This document shows positions 10,013 to 19,947 of a DNA stretch of 64,000 bases, piece by piece (within the stretch, counting starts at the first letter, position 1; every line of letters begins with the position of its first letter). The DNA comes from a bacterium. Its GTDB lineage: Bacteria > Verrucomicrobiota > Verrucomicrobiia > Limisphaerales > RI-55. Below the pieces are notes generated by a model that was not told the DNA's origin, did no database searches, and saw only the letters and a list, made by a program, of their open reading frames with translations. The position numbers and the translations under genes are program-made. The DNA is taken from positions 153,416 to 217,415 of the forward strand of contig WGOC01000013.1 in NCBI GenBank assembly GCA_016124235.1. Direction: 5' to 3'.

Positions 10013-10050
10013 CCGGCTCGTTTCTTGAGGAAGCGAGCCGGTTTGTTTTC
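10013..10050 (+). terminator. Intrinsic terminator-like hairpin
   Basis: CCGGCTCGTTTC...GAAGCGAGCCGG stem followed by TTTGTTTTC. Confidence 0.6.
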
Positions 10051-10461
10051 CCAAAACCAGTCCAGCCTATGCGTGGTGGACGAGGCCAAATTGCCTGAAA
10101 GTGCGCCTTACGAACAGAGCTTTGGGGCCAGCCGATCCAAGCGAGGGGCGACCTGTCAGAAATCTCGGGCCAAGTGGCGGAATGCGTCGTCCGAGCACGG
10201 CCAAAACCGAAATAATTGAGTGTGAGCAACGCATTCGCGACCAGACAATCGAACGGAATCAACGCATCCACGTTACGCTTTTTCCGACGAGCAGGTCGGC
10301 AAAAGTGCGGCTCGCCACCGCCTAGGCTCGGTTCACCAAATCGCCGCAGCATTGCACCCCATTTATTGCCACACGGCGGCGCAATAAATGTAAAACATCG
10401 CCGTTCCACAAATTCTGCCGCTGGTCCCGGCCACGGCAAACAAACCCTTGCGGCAATCTAC

Positions 10462-11511
10462 ATGCGTACCAAAAACACGATCTATCGAACGGTCTGGCAG
10501 CTGACAGGAATTACCTGTCTGCTGGCCGGGATACTTTCACCCATTCACTCCTTTTCCCAAGGCTGCGTCATCTCCCGCGGCGGCGGCGGCACAATGTTAC
10601 TCGGCGGTGATGGTTTTCTCGAGCCCGGCGACTGGCAACTCAGTCTCGCTTATCGGCATTTCCATTCCGACCGTCATTTTCAGGGCGATGTCGAACAAAC
10701 TCAGCGGCAGGAGCAGGACACCCAGGTCGAGAACTTCAGCAATTTCATCGACCTCACCACCACCTACGCGGTCACCAAACGCGTCTGGCTCAATCTCACC
10801 CTGCCCTTCGTAAGTCACGAACGGTCCTCGCTCTACGAGCACGATCGCACGAACCGTTTTTCAACCTACTCCGGTGGGCTGGCCGACGTACGATTGACTT
10901 CCACGATTTGGATGCTCAATCCCGAGGAACACCACAAAGGTAATTTTTCGTTGGGAGCCGGCGTGAAAGTGCCGACCGGTGATTATACCGCGACCGATGT
11001 TTTTCATCGGCCCGGTGGACCACAAATCCGTTACGTCGATTCGTCCATTCAACCCGGAGACGGGGGCTGGGGAGCCATTCTCGAAGCGCAGGGATTCCTT
11101 ATGCTTACCGAATCGCTCTCTGGTTACGCCAATGGCTTTTATCTCATCAATCCACGGGAGATGGTTGATGAAACAGGCTTTTCAGTTCCGGACGGATACA
11201 TGGCTCGCGCAGGCTTAAGCTACGCCGTCTGGCCGGCCCAAGGGCTCGCGTTGAGTCTGGGCGGCCGCATTGAGGGAGTGCCACCCACGGATTTGTTTGG
11301 CGGCGACCTGGGATTCCGTCGGCCGGGATACACGGTGGGTGTCGAGCCGGGCATCAGTTGGACACACGGCCGGTACTATGCCGAGCTTACCACACCGGTC
11401 GCCGTTTATCGCAACCGGCAGCAAAGCTATCCGGAAAGTCTCGTTGGCCGTCACGGCGATGCGGCGTTCGCCGACTTTTCAATCAACTTTGCGTTGGCGG
11501 TGCGTTTCTAA
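10462..11511 (+). CDS. Putative outer-membrane beta-barrel ('transporter' family)
   Basis: Signal peptide then QGCV; alternating amphipathic strands; GLADV, GVKVPTG and QPGDGGWG motifs; C-terminal Phe. ATG at 10462 is preferred to the ORF start at 10216. Confidence 0.75.
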   Translation: MRTKNTIYRTVWQLTGITCLLAGILSPIHSFSQGCVISRGGGGTMLLGGDGFLEPGDWQLSLAYRHFHSDRHFQGDVEQTQRQEQDTQVENFSNFIDLTTTYAVTKRVWLNLTLPFVSHERSSLYEHDRTNRFSTYSGGLADVRLTSTIWMLNPEEHHKGNFSLGAGVKVPTGDYTATDVFHRPGGPQIRYVDSSIQPGDGGWGAILEAQGFLMLTESLSGYANGFYLINPREMVDETGFSVPDGYMARAGLSYAVWPAQGLALSLGGRIEGVPPTDLFGGDLGFRRPGYTVGVEPGISWTHGRYYAELTTPVAVYRNRQQSYPESLVGRHGDAAFADFSINFALAVRF

Positions 11512-11550
11512 TTTGGGGGGTGGGAAGTTCGCTCATACGTCGAAGACCAG

Positions 11551-11582
11551 GAGCGGCGGCGGGGTTAACCCCGCCGCCGCTC
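11551..11582. terminator. Perfect 32-bp palindrome, probable bidirectional terminator or REP-like element
   Basis: GAGCGGCGGCGGGGTTAACCCCGCCGCCGCTC is its own reverse complement and lies between convergent genes. Confidence 0.65.
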
Positions 11583-11828
11583 TCCTTTCGAGATCACCTT
11601 TTGTTTTCAAGTCGTCACCCTATCAACGCCGGCTGACGCGGTGATCATCGAATTGGTTTGTGAAATCGAACCGCGGCGACAACGCGCGCTCCCTCCTCGG
11701 ATCCGCGGGCTCTTCAATCGCTCACCCGCACCGAACTCTCAGCCCAGAATCCGGTCGTGTTTTTCGCCGAAGACTACAGAACGCTCTCTCACTAAAACTG
11801 CTTACGAAGCCAATCGTAATTTCGTCCA

Positions 11829-12344
11829 TTAGCCGCCAGCCTGCTTCAAAAAAGTGAGCACTCGACTGGCTTCGATTGGATTCTTGGCTGACCAAGGGTT
11901 GCTGTCGGTCGGAGCCAATCGCTTTCCGTTGGCGTCGACGATCACGACGGACGGCGTGCCGTCGGTGAAGACGTTCGAATGGTATTTGTCGATGAGATTG
12001 AGGTTGCGGTTATGAGTGGACGTGCCGACATCGATTGGCACCACCACAAACTCCTTGTCGACCAAAGCATGAACGTCCGGGTCGTTCTCAAACAGCGCAT
12101 GTAGTTTCCGGCAATACGGACACCAATTCGCGCCGAACAATAGAATGACCTTCTTGTTTTCGGCCTTGGCCTCGTCCAGCGCGGCGTTCACGAGCGTCTT
12201 GCCACTGGTGTGCTCATCAAAGATTTGGTTTGCGCTCGAGGTCGCATCCGACTCCGGCGAGGTCTGACATCCGGTGGAAAGTATGATTAAAGCGAACGCA
12301 GCAATCGCGGTCTGATTGAAGCGGATGAATGATTTGTGGTTCAT
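11829..12344 (-). CDS. Thioredoxin family lipoprotein
   Basis: Lipobox STGC; FGANWCPYC active site; GTP cis-Pro loop. Confidence 0.85.
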   Translation of the reverse strand: MNHKSFIRFNQTAIAAFALIILSTGCQTSPESDATSSANQIFDEHTSGKTLVNAALDEAKAENKKVILLFGANWCPYCRKLHALFENDPDVHALVDKEFVVVPIDVGTSTHNRNLNLIDKYHSNVFTDGTPSVVIVDANGKRLAPTDSNPWSAKNPIEASRVLTFLKQAGG

Positions 12345-12416
12345 GGAATTTGTCATGGGCTTGGTAAAAGTGCGATGCAGAGCGCCGGGCAAAATTCCGT
12401 TCGCAGCCCGGAATTA

Positions 12417-12689
12417 TTATAAAACGAGTTTTACCCCTTCGACCGCTCGAAGAGCGGCGTCAATCTCCTTCATACGATCGTGGGTTTCGACGACAAACGA
12501 TGCTTCGTAGCTGATATATTTACCGTGTTCGGATTTGTTGGCAGGTTGGAACGCCAGATCATTGATCCCGAGGTCCACGAGGCATTGGTTCAGATTTTTG
12601 TGCACCCCAACAAGATCAACGGCAATGACTTTGAAATGGCACTCCGCGGGAAACAATTTTTCGAAATCTTCGGCAGTGGGCTGGCGCAT
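12417..12689 (-). CDS. DUF493/YbeD-like protein
   Basis: FPAECHFKVI...SEHGKYISY...VEGVKLVL pattern typical of YbeD. Confidence 0.75.
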   Translation of the reverse strand: MRQPTAEDFEKLFPAECHFKVIAVDLVGVHKNLNQCLVDLGINDLAFQPANKSEHGKYISYEASFVVETHDRMKEIDAALRAVEGVKLVL

Positions 12690-12931
12690 TCCCAGGACTT
12701 TACGGGAACGACCCCGAGTGTCCAATTGCGTTTTGTGCGAATGCCGATTACCACCTGAGGAAGCAGGTGATCACGCCCGGCAGACCATTGAATTTTCGTC
12801 AGCCCAACAGACTTCAGCCCGTCAAAACCAGCCTATCGTCGGGCAAAAACTTGCGGCAATTTCGCTCCATTTTTGCGATGCAACCCATTCCGACTGTGCA
12901 AGTAAGCAAACCTCTGGCAACGTAGCGGTTC

Positions 12932-15900
12932 GTGCGTCCCCATGGTTCAAAACCGAAGAACAGGCGGCGTCGCTGGCTAAAATGGCTCGGCGGGGCGGCC
13001 GTGCTTTGTGCGACGGTGGTGCTCGCACTTCCGCTCTGGTGGCCCTGGGTTCTCGTGCCGGTTTTGCGAAACTTGGGAGTGCGTGTTGGGCATTATGAAC
13101 GCCGCGGAGTCTCGCAACTGGCCCTGAATGACGTGGCCTTCACAAACACCCACGTCGAGGTCACGGCAAAATCACTGGTCATGCAGTTGCCGCAGGAATG
13201 GCTGCGGGATCGTTTTCAATCAGCAACCAACGACGGTGTCCCTGCGCAACTGACGCTCGCCAATTGGCGCGTCCGGGTTCTAGCCAGCAACGCAACGAAT
13301 ACAACGCCATCAACGAACTCCCTCGCCGGCGTACTCGATCAAACCGAATCGATCATCGGTGCGGCACGCCCGTGGGTGCGTCTCGCCAGCGCGACCAATG
13401 GCACGGTAGTGGTGGGCAAACGACAAATCACGTTGCCATCGATCAAACTCACACAAAACGACCTTGCGGTTTCAGCGACCGACGAGGAATCCAATTTGTC
13501 CACTTTGTTGTCGCTGGATTGGGAAGCCACAAATTCATTTCATCTCCGGGCTAGTGCGCCGCACATCGACGCGAGCGCAACGGTGCTCCTTAGTCGCACC
13601 AACCAAACCTGGACGGCCAACGGCAACATACTCTGGCAGACGAATTCGGCGCTGATTCAAGCTGGTCTCGATCGCTCTGACTGGTGGCCGGCAACCATGT
13701 CATTGGTGGCCACCAACGTGAATATCCCGTCCACCACGCTCGGGCTTGCCGGATACCAATCGTTGACGGGCAACTTCGACGTCACGTGGACCAATCGCCA
13801 ATATCATTTCGCGATTCAAGGTGACGCACAGCCGGTACAGGACAATCCCCTGGTGCCTGACATGATTCAAATCGACATCGCGGGCCAGGGCAATCTGGAG
13901 GCTCTGGCGATCGAACGGATGAACATTTCTACGCCCGCCATTCGAGCAAAGCTTTCGGATCCGCTGGCCATTGATTTTTCGGGCAAGATGCTGGTACCGG
14001 AAGCCAAGTTGCAGGTGAACGCCGATCTCGATGAAAACGCCGGACTTCCGTTCAAAGGCCAACTCGATGGTGTGGTCACCGCGCGCCCGGATCGCAACGC
14101 GATGATCAACGCGGGATTTGATGTGCACGTGAATCAGTTTGCCAGCCCGTTGTTGAGCGTCGACCGGGTGAATCTCATGGGTGCGCTGCACTGGCCGCAG
14201 CTGGTCGTTTCGAATGCGTTCTTTTCCTTTCCGAATGCCGGCACATTTCGATTGAACGGAGGGCTCGATTTACTGAGCCGCGCGGCCACGAATGTGAACT
14301 GGACCTTCAATGGGGCCCCGCCCACCAACTTTGTGCCCCAGGGTTTGGCGATTGAATCAGTCGCCGCGCGCGGCCAGGCCTCCGGAACCTGGCCCGACCT
14401 TCAGCAACAGACCGAAGTGCAACTCACACAGCCGACCTGGAACGGCGCGCAAGCGGAAAACCTATCGGTACGATTGGCCGGCAGTACTCGCGGCACGAAC
14501 GATTGGCGATTGCAGGTAAACCGGAGCGACGTTCATTTCGATGGATCGGGGGCGATCAATCTCGGCGCGCTGACGAATTCCGATCTCAGCGCCACCATCA
14601 GCAAATTACAGCTGACGTTAAACACGAACGAATCACTGGCATTGGATCGGGCGGTTGATCTGGAAGTCAATTGGGCGACCAATGCCAACCGGCAGTTCGC
14701 CGCCCAGGTTTCGCCCTTGCGACTGGCCAGCACCAATAAACAATTCGAGCTTTCCGCCGATATCGCGTGGCCGGGTTCAGGCGGTGTGACATTGAGCGCC
14801 ACCAATATCGCGACGAGCGATTTGTCAGCACTTTGGCCACGGGATTGGCCGACCGTTTCGCTGCGTGATCTGGCGCTGACGGCGGGCTGGGATCACAGCC
14901 CATTGATCTTATCCGCGTTGGGCAATGTTTCCTGCGATACACCGCTGGCTGGAAAGGTGGATGCCCATGTCCGAATCAACGCGAACGCCAACGGAATGGA
15001 ATTCTCGCCGGTGAATGTCGGTGTCGATGACCAAGAATTGCTCGCGGTCAGCGGACGGCTACCGATAAAGATCCTGCCTGCCGAAAGCTCCCCGCTGCAA
15101 TGGATTGAAAAAGGAACGATCGACGCCAAGCTCAATTCGGTGGGCGACAATCCGTTTTGGAATCGCCTCGCCGAACGTGGCGGCGTCAGCGTCAGCGGCC
15201 CGGAAATCAAGCTGAACGCCCAAGGCAGCCCGGAAGATTTCCAGGCGCAACTCAATTTAAACGCCGCCTCAATTCATCCATTGCAGCTGACCAATCTGCC
15301 GTCGGATTTTGCGGTCGTCAGCAATCTGCACCTCCACGCTGAAGCGGATCGCCAGATGATTCGACTCACGGACGGTGGGTTTGCGATCGCGGGACAACCA
15401 GGGAAAATCACCGCAGAACTACCCGTGGCGGCCAGTTCATGGGCGGACTGGTTGCGGGCGTTGCGACAGGTGGATTGGAAAAATGCCACCGGCAGCGTTG
15501 CCGTTCCAAAGATTGAAATTGCCGCCCTCACACCATTGACCGGCAGCACCCTGGCCCCGACCGGCCAGGCGGAACTCCAACTCGCGCTCAAAAAGGGCGG
15601 GAACCTGCAGGGCTTCGTCATGGTCACCAATCTGTCCACGAAGCCATTGCCGACCGTCGGCGCGGTTCGTGACATCGCCAGCCGGATCGAGTTCACCGAT
15701 CGCGAGGCCGAGATCAAATCGTTCGTCGCGACGTTGAGCGGTCAACCCGTACGCGCCGGCGGTCGCGCTGAATGGAATACCAAAGGACTGACCAAGGCCG
15801 ACCTGTTCCTGAACGCAACCAATCTTTCGTTGGTGCGCTCGCCGAGTTTATTTTTGCGTGGCGACCTGGACTTACGCCTCGTCGCCGATGGCAAAACCTC

Positions 15901-16672
15901 ACCCACGATCAACGGCGATGTCACCTTGAACAATTCCCTGCTCTTCCAGGACATCGCGCAACTCGTGCAAATCGATCTGCGACGCCCCGAGCGACGACCA
16001 CCATTTTTCAGCGTGCCCAGTCCACCATTCGCCGACTGGCAACTCGACGTTCGCGTGCGCGGACAAAAATTTCTCCGAGTCCTGAGTCCCGTATTCAAGG
16101 GGCAGGTTTCGTCGGGCCTGCAATTGACCGGCACGCTGAAGGAACCGGTGGCCCTGGGCGAAGTCTCGATCGACAAAGGCCAGATGCTTTTTCCGTTCGG
16201 CACGCTCGACGTAACCCACGGCACCGTGCAGTTGACGCGCGAGCATCCGTACCAACCGCAGGTGGACTTTCACGGCCAGGGTCTGAACTTTGGTTACAAC
16301 ATCACTGTCGACGTCACGGGCAATGCCGACGCGCCGAACGTCACTTTCAGTTCGGTTCCGCCGCTTTCCACTCGCGAGATCATGTTGATGCTGACGGCAG
16401 GCGACGTGCCCAGTGGCGCGTACAGCTACTCGAATTTGGACAAGGCCAGCAAACTCGGCTACTTCCTCGGCAAGCAACTGATCACGCAATTGCTCGGCTT
16501 GGACACGGGCGAAGATCGCTTGATCTTCCGAACCGGCGAATACGTGACGGACGACGGCCAGCTGACGTACCGAATCGAATACAAACTCATCAACTGGCTC
16601 TCGATCTTCGGCGAATACACGCGCTTCCGGGACTACAACGGCGGGCTCAAATTCAACATCTATTCCCGGTGA
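12932..16672 (+). CDS. tamB: Translocation and assembly module TamB/AsmA-like protein
   Basis: N-terminal TM anchor, long beta-taco-like region, C-terminal DUF490-like region (SSVPPLSTREIMLML); coupled to an Omp85 gene. Confidence 0.85.
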   Translation: MRPHGSKPKNRRRRWLKWLGGAAVLCATVVLALPLWWPWVLVPVLRNLGVRVGHYERRGVSQLALNDVAFTNTHVEVTAKSLVMQLPQEWLRDRFQSATNDGVPAQLTLANWRVRVLASNATNTTPSTNSLAGVLDQTESIIGAARPWVRLASATNGTVVVGKRQITLPSIKLTQNDLAVSATDEESNLSTLLSLDWEATNSFHLRASAPHIDASATVLLSRTNQTWTANGNILWQTNSALIQAGLDRSDWWPATMSLVATNVNIPSTTLGLAGYQSLTGNFDVTWTNRQYHFAIQGDAQPVQDNPLVPDMIQIDIAGQGNLEALAIERMNISTPAIRAKLSDPLAIDFSGKMLVPEAKLQVNADLDENAGLPFKGQLDGVVTARPDRNAMINAGFDVHVNQFASPLLSVDRVNLMGALHWPQLVVSNAFFSFPNAGTFRLNGGLDLLSRAATNVNWTFNGAPPTNFVPQGLAIESVAARGQASGTWPDLQQQTEVQLTQPTWNGAQAENLSVRLAGSTRGTNDWRLQVNRSDVHFDGSGAINLGALTNSDLSATISKLQLTLNTNESLALDRAVDLEVNWATNANRQFAAQVSPLRLASTNKQFELSADIAWPGSGGVTLSATNIATSDLSALWPRDWPTVSLRDLALTAGWDHSPLILSALGNVSCDTPLAGKVDAHVRINANANGMEFSPVNVGVDDQELLAVSGRLPIKILPAESSPLQWIEKGTIDAKLNSVGDNPFWNRLAERGGVSVSGPEIKLNAQGSPEDFQAQLNLNAASIHPLQLTNLPSDFAVVSNLHLHAEADRQMIRLTDGGFAIAGQPGKITAELPVAASSWADWLRALRQVDWKNATGSVAVPKIEIAALTPLTGSTLAPTGQAELQLALKKGGNLQGFVMVTNLSTKPLPTVGAVRDIASRIEFTDREAEIKSFVATLSGQPVRAGGRAEWNTKGLTKADLFLNATNLSLVRSPSLFLRGDLDLRLVADGKTSPTINGDVTLNNSLLFQDIAQLVQIDLRRPERRPPFFSVPSPPFADWQLDVRVRGQKFLRVLSPVFKGQVSSGLQLTGTLKEPVALGEVSIDKGQMLFPFGTLDVTHGTVQLTREHPYQPQVDFHGQGLNFGYNITVDVTGNADAPNVTFSSVPPLSTREIMLMLTAGDVPSGAYSYSNLDKASKLGYFLGKQLITQLLGLDTGEDRLIFRTGEYVTDDGQLTYRIEYKLINWLSIFGEYTRFRDYNGGLKFNIYSR

Positions 16673-18858
16673 TGCACGCCCGCCAAAGCAAAAGCATCCC
16701 GGTGCCGAAGGTCGCGCGAGATCCGCGCTTACCGAGGCAGGCCGTTCACGTCCTGTGCGGTTTGTGTCTGGCACTCATGTTTCTGATTTTGCCTTCACTC
16801 TGCGTGGGTGAAGACCAGCCGCCGGCCGACGAAAAAAAGGCCGAGCCACCAAAACTCGTCATTCGCGGACTCGGCTTGCTGCAGGATCGCAAATTGAAAC
16901 GCGTGATCCTCCAGGCCTTCCCCGACAACCGCCACGATAAACCGTTCGACGCCAATTTCATCGAAGATTCATTTGTCATCCTGCGTAATCAACTCGTCTC
17001 CGACGGGTATCAGGACGCGATCATTTATGCGCACCTCACCACAACGGACGGCGAGCCGATCAATATCGAATGGGATGGCAGAAAGGACCTCACCGTTCCG
17101 CGTCCGTTAAGCGTGCAGGAGGCGCGTTTCGACGCGGATCGACGGCAGTTGTTTTATTACAACGATTTTACGATCGGTGGTTTGACGGCGATGCCGATTG
17201 ATCAGGCGACCGGTTTCTTTTTCAAGACCGAGATGCTCCTGCGGTTGAAAACCAATCGCCGGTTCAGTCGCCGGCAGTTGAACGATTCCATCGATAATCT
17301 ACGCCAGGAACTCGTCAACCTCGGCTACCGCGATGCGAAAGTGTCCGTTGCGGATTTGCAGGAGAACGTGGCCACCGGCGCCGTGGACGTCGTGGTGCAG
17401 GTCGATCAGGGAAAGCTTTATCGGGTGAACAAAGTGAACGTGGTGGTAAAGGACGATTCGGGTGGCGCGATCGCCCAGTCGTACACCACCGAAACCAACG
17501 CGGTCTGGTCGCCCGCCTGGCAGCAGGATTTCAGCACAACACTCCGCAATGCCCAATACACCAAAGGGCATCCCGACGCCCGCGTGCAGATCAAGCCAAC
17601 CACCAACGAAACCAACAACACGACTACGGTGACTCAGAATCTCGAGGCCACCGTGAATCCCGGGCCGGAGGTCAAACTCGGCGACGTCCGTTTTGAAGGT
17701 CAGCAAAAATCCCGGCTGAGCTGGCTCCAAAAGAAAGGCCGGGTTGAAGGCCCGTTGCTCGACCGACTCAAAGTGGACGCCGCCCGCGAGCGACTTTCAC
17801 GGCAAGGCGTCTTCGACTTTGTGGGGATCCGCTACGAACCCGACACCGGGCCGCAACGCGATGTGGTTTTCGATCTCAACGAAGGCAAACGCATCGATTT
17901 CAGCCTGCTCGCGGGTTATGGCAGTTACGATCAATTCTTTGGCGGCGCGGAGCTGGATCAATACAATCTCTGGGGCATCGGTCACTCGGCTCAATTGCGC
18001 GGCATGATCTCCGTGAAAACGGAAAACGTCGTCTACACCTACAGCATACCCGAGTTCCTTTTTCCCAACCTGAATGTGTTCGCCAACGTTGACGGATTGC
18101 TGCGCAAGGAGCTGACCTTTGAACGACAGGAAATCAAGACAGCGGTCGGTTTGCGCAAGTCGTTTCCGAAGTCCGGTCTGCAGGCGGGCATTCGATACTC
18201 GTATCAGTTTCTCAAGACCCAGGACTCACCCGACCCGACCTTGAACAACGATTTCGCCCGCGTGTCTGCGATCATCCTCGACGGCCAACTCGAGCGTCGC
18301 GACAACCCGCTGGCTCCGCGCAAGGGTTACCGCATCTACGGCAACATCGAGGTCGCCGATCCCGCGATTGCCAGCGACGCGGATTACGAGATGTTGCAGT
18401 TTGGCGCGTCCGGTCATCTGCCATTGCTCCGTGGTTTGGTGTTGCACAGCTCCATTCAGCACGGCGTGATTTTTTCGCCGAACCCAGCCACCGATCTTCC
18501 CTTCAGCAAACGCTTCCTGCCCGGCGGCGAAAATTCCGTGCGTGGCTACCAACGCGGTGGGGCGTCGCCCTACAATTCGATGGGTCAGCAGATCGGCGCG
18601 GAAACCTTTTTGCAATGGAACGTCGAGTTGGAGCAGTTTTTGACTGAACGCTGGTCGGTGGTGGCTTTCCTCGATGGAGCCGGCGTTTCACCCACTCTGG
18701 ATAACTACCCATTCGACGAAGTGCTTTGGTCCGTCGGAGGCGGCCTGCGCTGGAACACGATCATCGGACCGGTGCGTGTGGAGTACGGCTACAATCTGAA
18801 CCGCCGCACATTCGATCCCGAGGGCACACTCCACATCGCGATTGGCTTTCCGTTTTGA
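16672..18858 (+). CDS. tamA: Omp85 (TamA/BamA family) outer-membrane protein
   Basis: POTRA-like repeats, GGENSVRGY, GLRWNTIIGPVRVEYG, terminal GFPF. The ATG overlaps the tamB stop (TGATG). Confidence 0.88.
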   Translation: MHARQSKSIPVPKVARDPRLPRQAVHVLCGLCLALMFLILPSLCVGEDQPPADEKKAEPPKLVIRGLGLLQDRKLKRVILQAFPDNRHDKPFDANFIEDSFVILRNQLVSDGYQDAIIYAHLTTTDGEPINIEWDGRKDLTVPRPLSVQEARFDADRRQLFYYNDFTIGGLTAMPIDQATGFFFKTEMLLRLKTNRRFSRRQLNDSIDNLRQELVNLGYRDAKVSVADLQENVATGAVDVVVQVDQGKLYRVNKVNVVVKDDSGGAIAQSYTTETNAVWSPAWQQDFSTTLRNAQYTKGHPDARVQIKPTTNETNNTTTVTQNLEATVNPGPEVKLGDVRFEGQQKSRLSWLQKKGRVEGPLLDRLKVDAARERLSRQGVFDFVGIRYEPDTGPQRDVVFDLNEGKRIDFSLLAGYGSYDQFFGGAELDQYNLWGIGHSAQLRGMISVKTENVVYTYSIPEFLFPNLNVFANVDGLLRKELTFERQEIKTAVGLRKSFPKSGLQAGIRYSYQFLKTQDSPDPTLNNDFARVSAIILDGQLERRDNPLAPRKGYRIYGNIEVADPAIASDADYEMLQFGASGHLPLLRGLVLHSSIQHGVIFSPNPATDLPFSKRFLPGGENSVRGYQRGGASPYNSMGQQIGAETFLQWNVELEQFLTERWSVVAFLDGAGVSPTLDNYPFDEVLWSVGGGLRWNTIIGPVRVEYGYNLNRRTFDPEGTLHIAIGFPF

Positions 18859-19008
18859 ACTCCAATGGCAACAGTTTGAGAGAGTGCCGGCGTGGGAAGT
18901 TTACAACAGAATCATCAAGTCAACCGAACGGTCTCGTTCAAATTCGCATCGCTCCGATGCTTCTCTGTTCCGCTCAGTCAATTGATGCTATGCCTATTTC
19001 GCTAGCCG
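18736..19008 (+). repeat. Direct repeat copy 1 (tamA last 40 codons + ~150 bp downstream)
   Basis: Aligns with 20135..20404, including the shared GGAAGTTTACAACAGAAT. Confidence 0.9.
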
Positions 19009-19320
19009 TCATCTGTCTGGAATCCATTTCAACTCACCGTCGTCTCTCATCTCTTGTCGCTCAACAACTCCGTGTTCGCGAACTCGAAGGGTGGCTGCAC
19101 GAGTGAAGTGCGTGCCTTCATCGAAGCCGACGTAGATAACCGGGTATCTGCCGTCTGTGCCGTCGAGAAACCAACATGCTCGCTCCCGATTAATGGCATG
19201 TGCACGCTGGAAAGAGAATGAATCTGTGACGGCTCTGTCCACCTCGGTACTGACAATTGGACGAAACGTAGTGCAGCCGAAGCAGAGGCATAGAGCGATG
19301 ATGAATGCCAAGCGACGCAT
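19009..19320 (-). CDS. Small lipoprotein, putative gene cassette
   Basis: MRRLAFIIALCLCFGC lipobox; the ATG lies directly after an attC-like R' box. Confidence 0.7.
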   Translation of the reverse strand: MRRLAFIIALCLCFGCTTFRPIVSTEVDRAVTDSFSFQRAHAINRERACWFLDGTDGRYPVIYVGFDEGTHFTRAATLRVREHGVVERQEMRDDGELKWIPDR

Positions 19321-19323
19321 GAT

Positions 19324-19444
19324 GATTAACGAGTCCACCCATAGCCGCCGGAATCTGGCGTCCGCTGCGACTCGGACGACGGAAGCACCGAGGACTGAGG
19401 CCACTGTGAGGGCGAGCAGCTGTTGGCTCAATGGGGTTTTCGGA
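19324..19444 (-). mobile_element. attC-like site (degenerate)
   Basis: Minus strand TCCGAAA...CCCATTGAGCC...GGCTATGGG...GTTAATC; the arms pair with two bulged bases; 121 bp; sits between two small co-oriented genes. Confidence 0.6.
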
Positions 19445-19448
19445 ATTC

Positions 19449-19745
19449 TTATTGCTTAAATCTCCGCAAGCCCAACTGCGGATTCCGCTGATTGTGCCGC
19501 AACACCCAAACCCTGACATATGTGCCCCGGATATCGTACAGAAAATGATACGGGAAACGATCCAGATTGCAGCGCCGAAGTCCACTCCTGTCAAAATGGA
19601 AGTACTGTGGGTTCGCGGTTGCCTTCCTGATCCCAATTTGAAACTCGGCGAAGAAATCCTCTCCAAGCTGCTCCGACACGCCGTAATACCTGCTCAAGAT
19701 CGCGTCCAAATCCGCCTGCACGCCCTTGTGGAATCTAACGTCCAC
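19449..19745 (-). CDS. RelE/ParE family toxin
   Basis: About 98 aa; LGEDFFAE, RRCNLDRFPYHFLY, VLRHNQRNP motifs; GTG start overlaps the antitoxin end. Confidence 0.85.
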   Translation of the reverse strand: MDVRFHKGVQADLDAILSRYYGVSEQLGEDFFAEFQIGIRKATANPQYFHFDRSGLRRCNLDRFPYHFLYDIRGTYVRVWVLRHNQRNPQLGLRRFKQ

Positions 19746-19947
19746 GGTGCTGAAGCCCGGCAACCAGTTGGTCAAACGTAATCAGCACACCCGGTTCCGC
19801 CTCAGCCTCCCGCATCCGTTGGCCAACTTCATCGTCGGATACGCAGTAAATCGGGGTCTCCAATCCATGGAGGAGCCGGGATGCAAGTGATGCACGCTCC
19901 TCCTCCGATAGCTTTGCGGCCTCAGCAACAATCTCTTCGAGCTTCAT
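19735..19947 (-). CDS. Antitoxin (putative addiction module component, TIGR02574-like)
   Basis: Acidic ~70 aa, AAKLSEEERASLASRLL; directly upstream of and overlapping the toxin. Confidence 0.8.
   Translation of the reverse strand: MKLEEIVAEAAKLSEEERASLASRLLHGLETPIYCVSDDEVGQRMREAEAEPGVLITFDQLVAGLQHRGR

Noticed and set aside
9714-10461. Known riboswitch (SAM-I, cobalamin, TPP, c-di-GMP) or 6S RNA
   Set aside because: Only isolated short matches such as GACTGGCCC were found; the remaining consensus elements could not be placed by eye.
15772-16671. 300-codon N-terminal extension of tamA in the ORF track
   Set aside because: It overlaps tamB in another frame with Arg-rich shadow composition; the ATG at 16672 overlapping the tamB stop is followed by a signal peptide.
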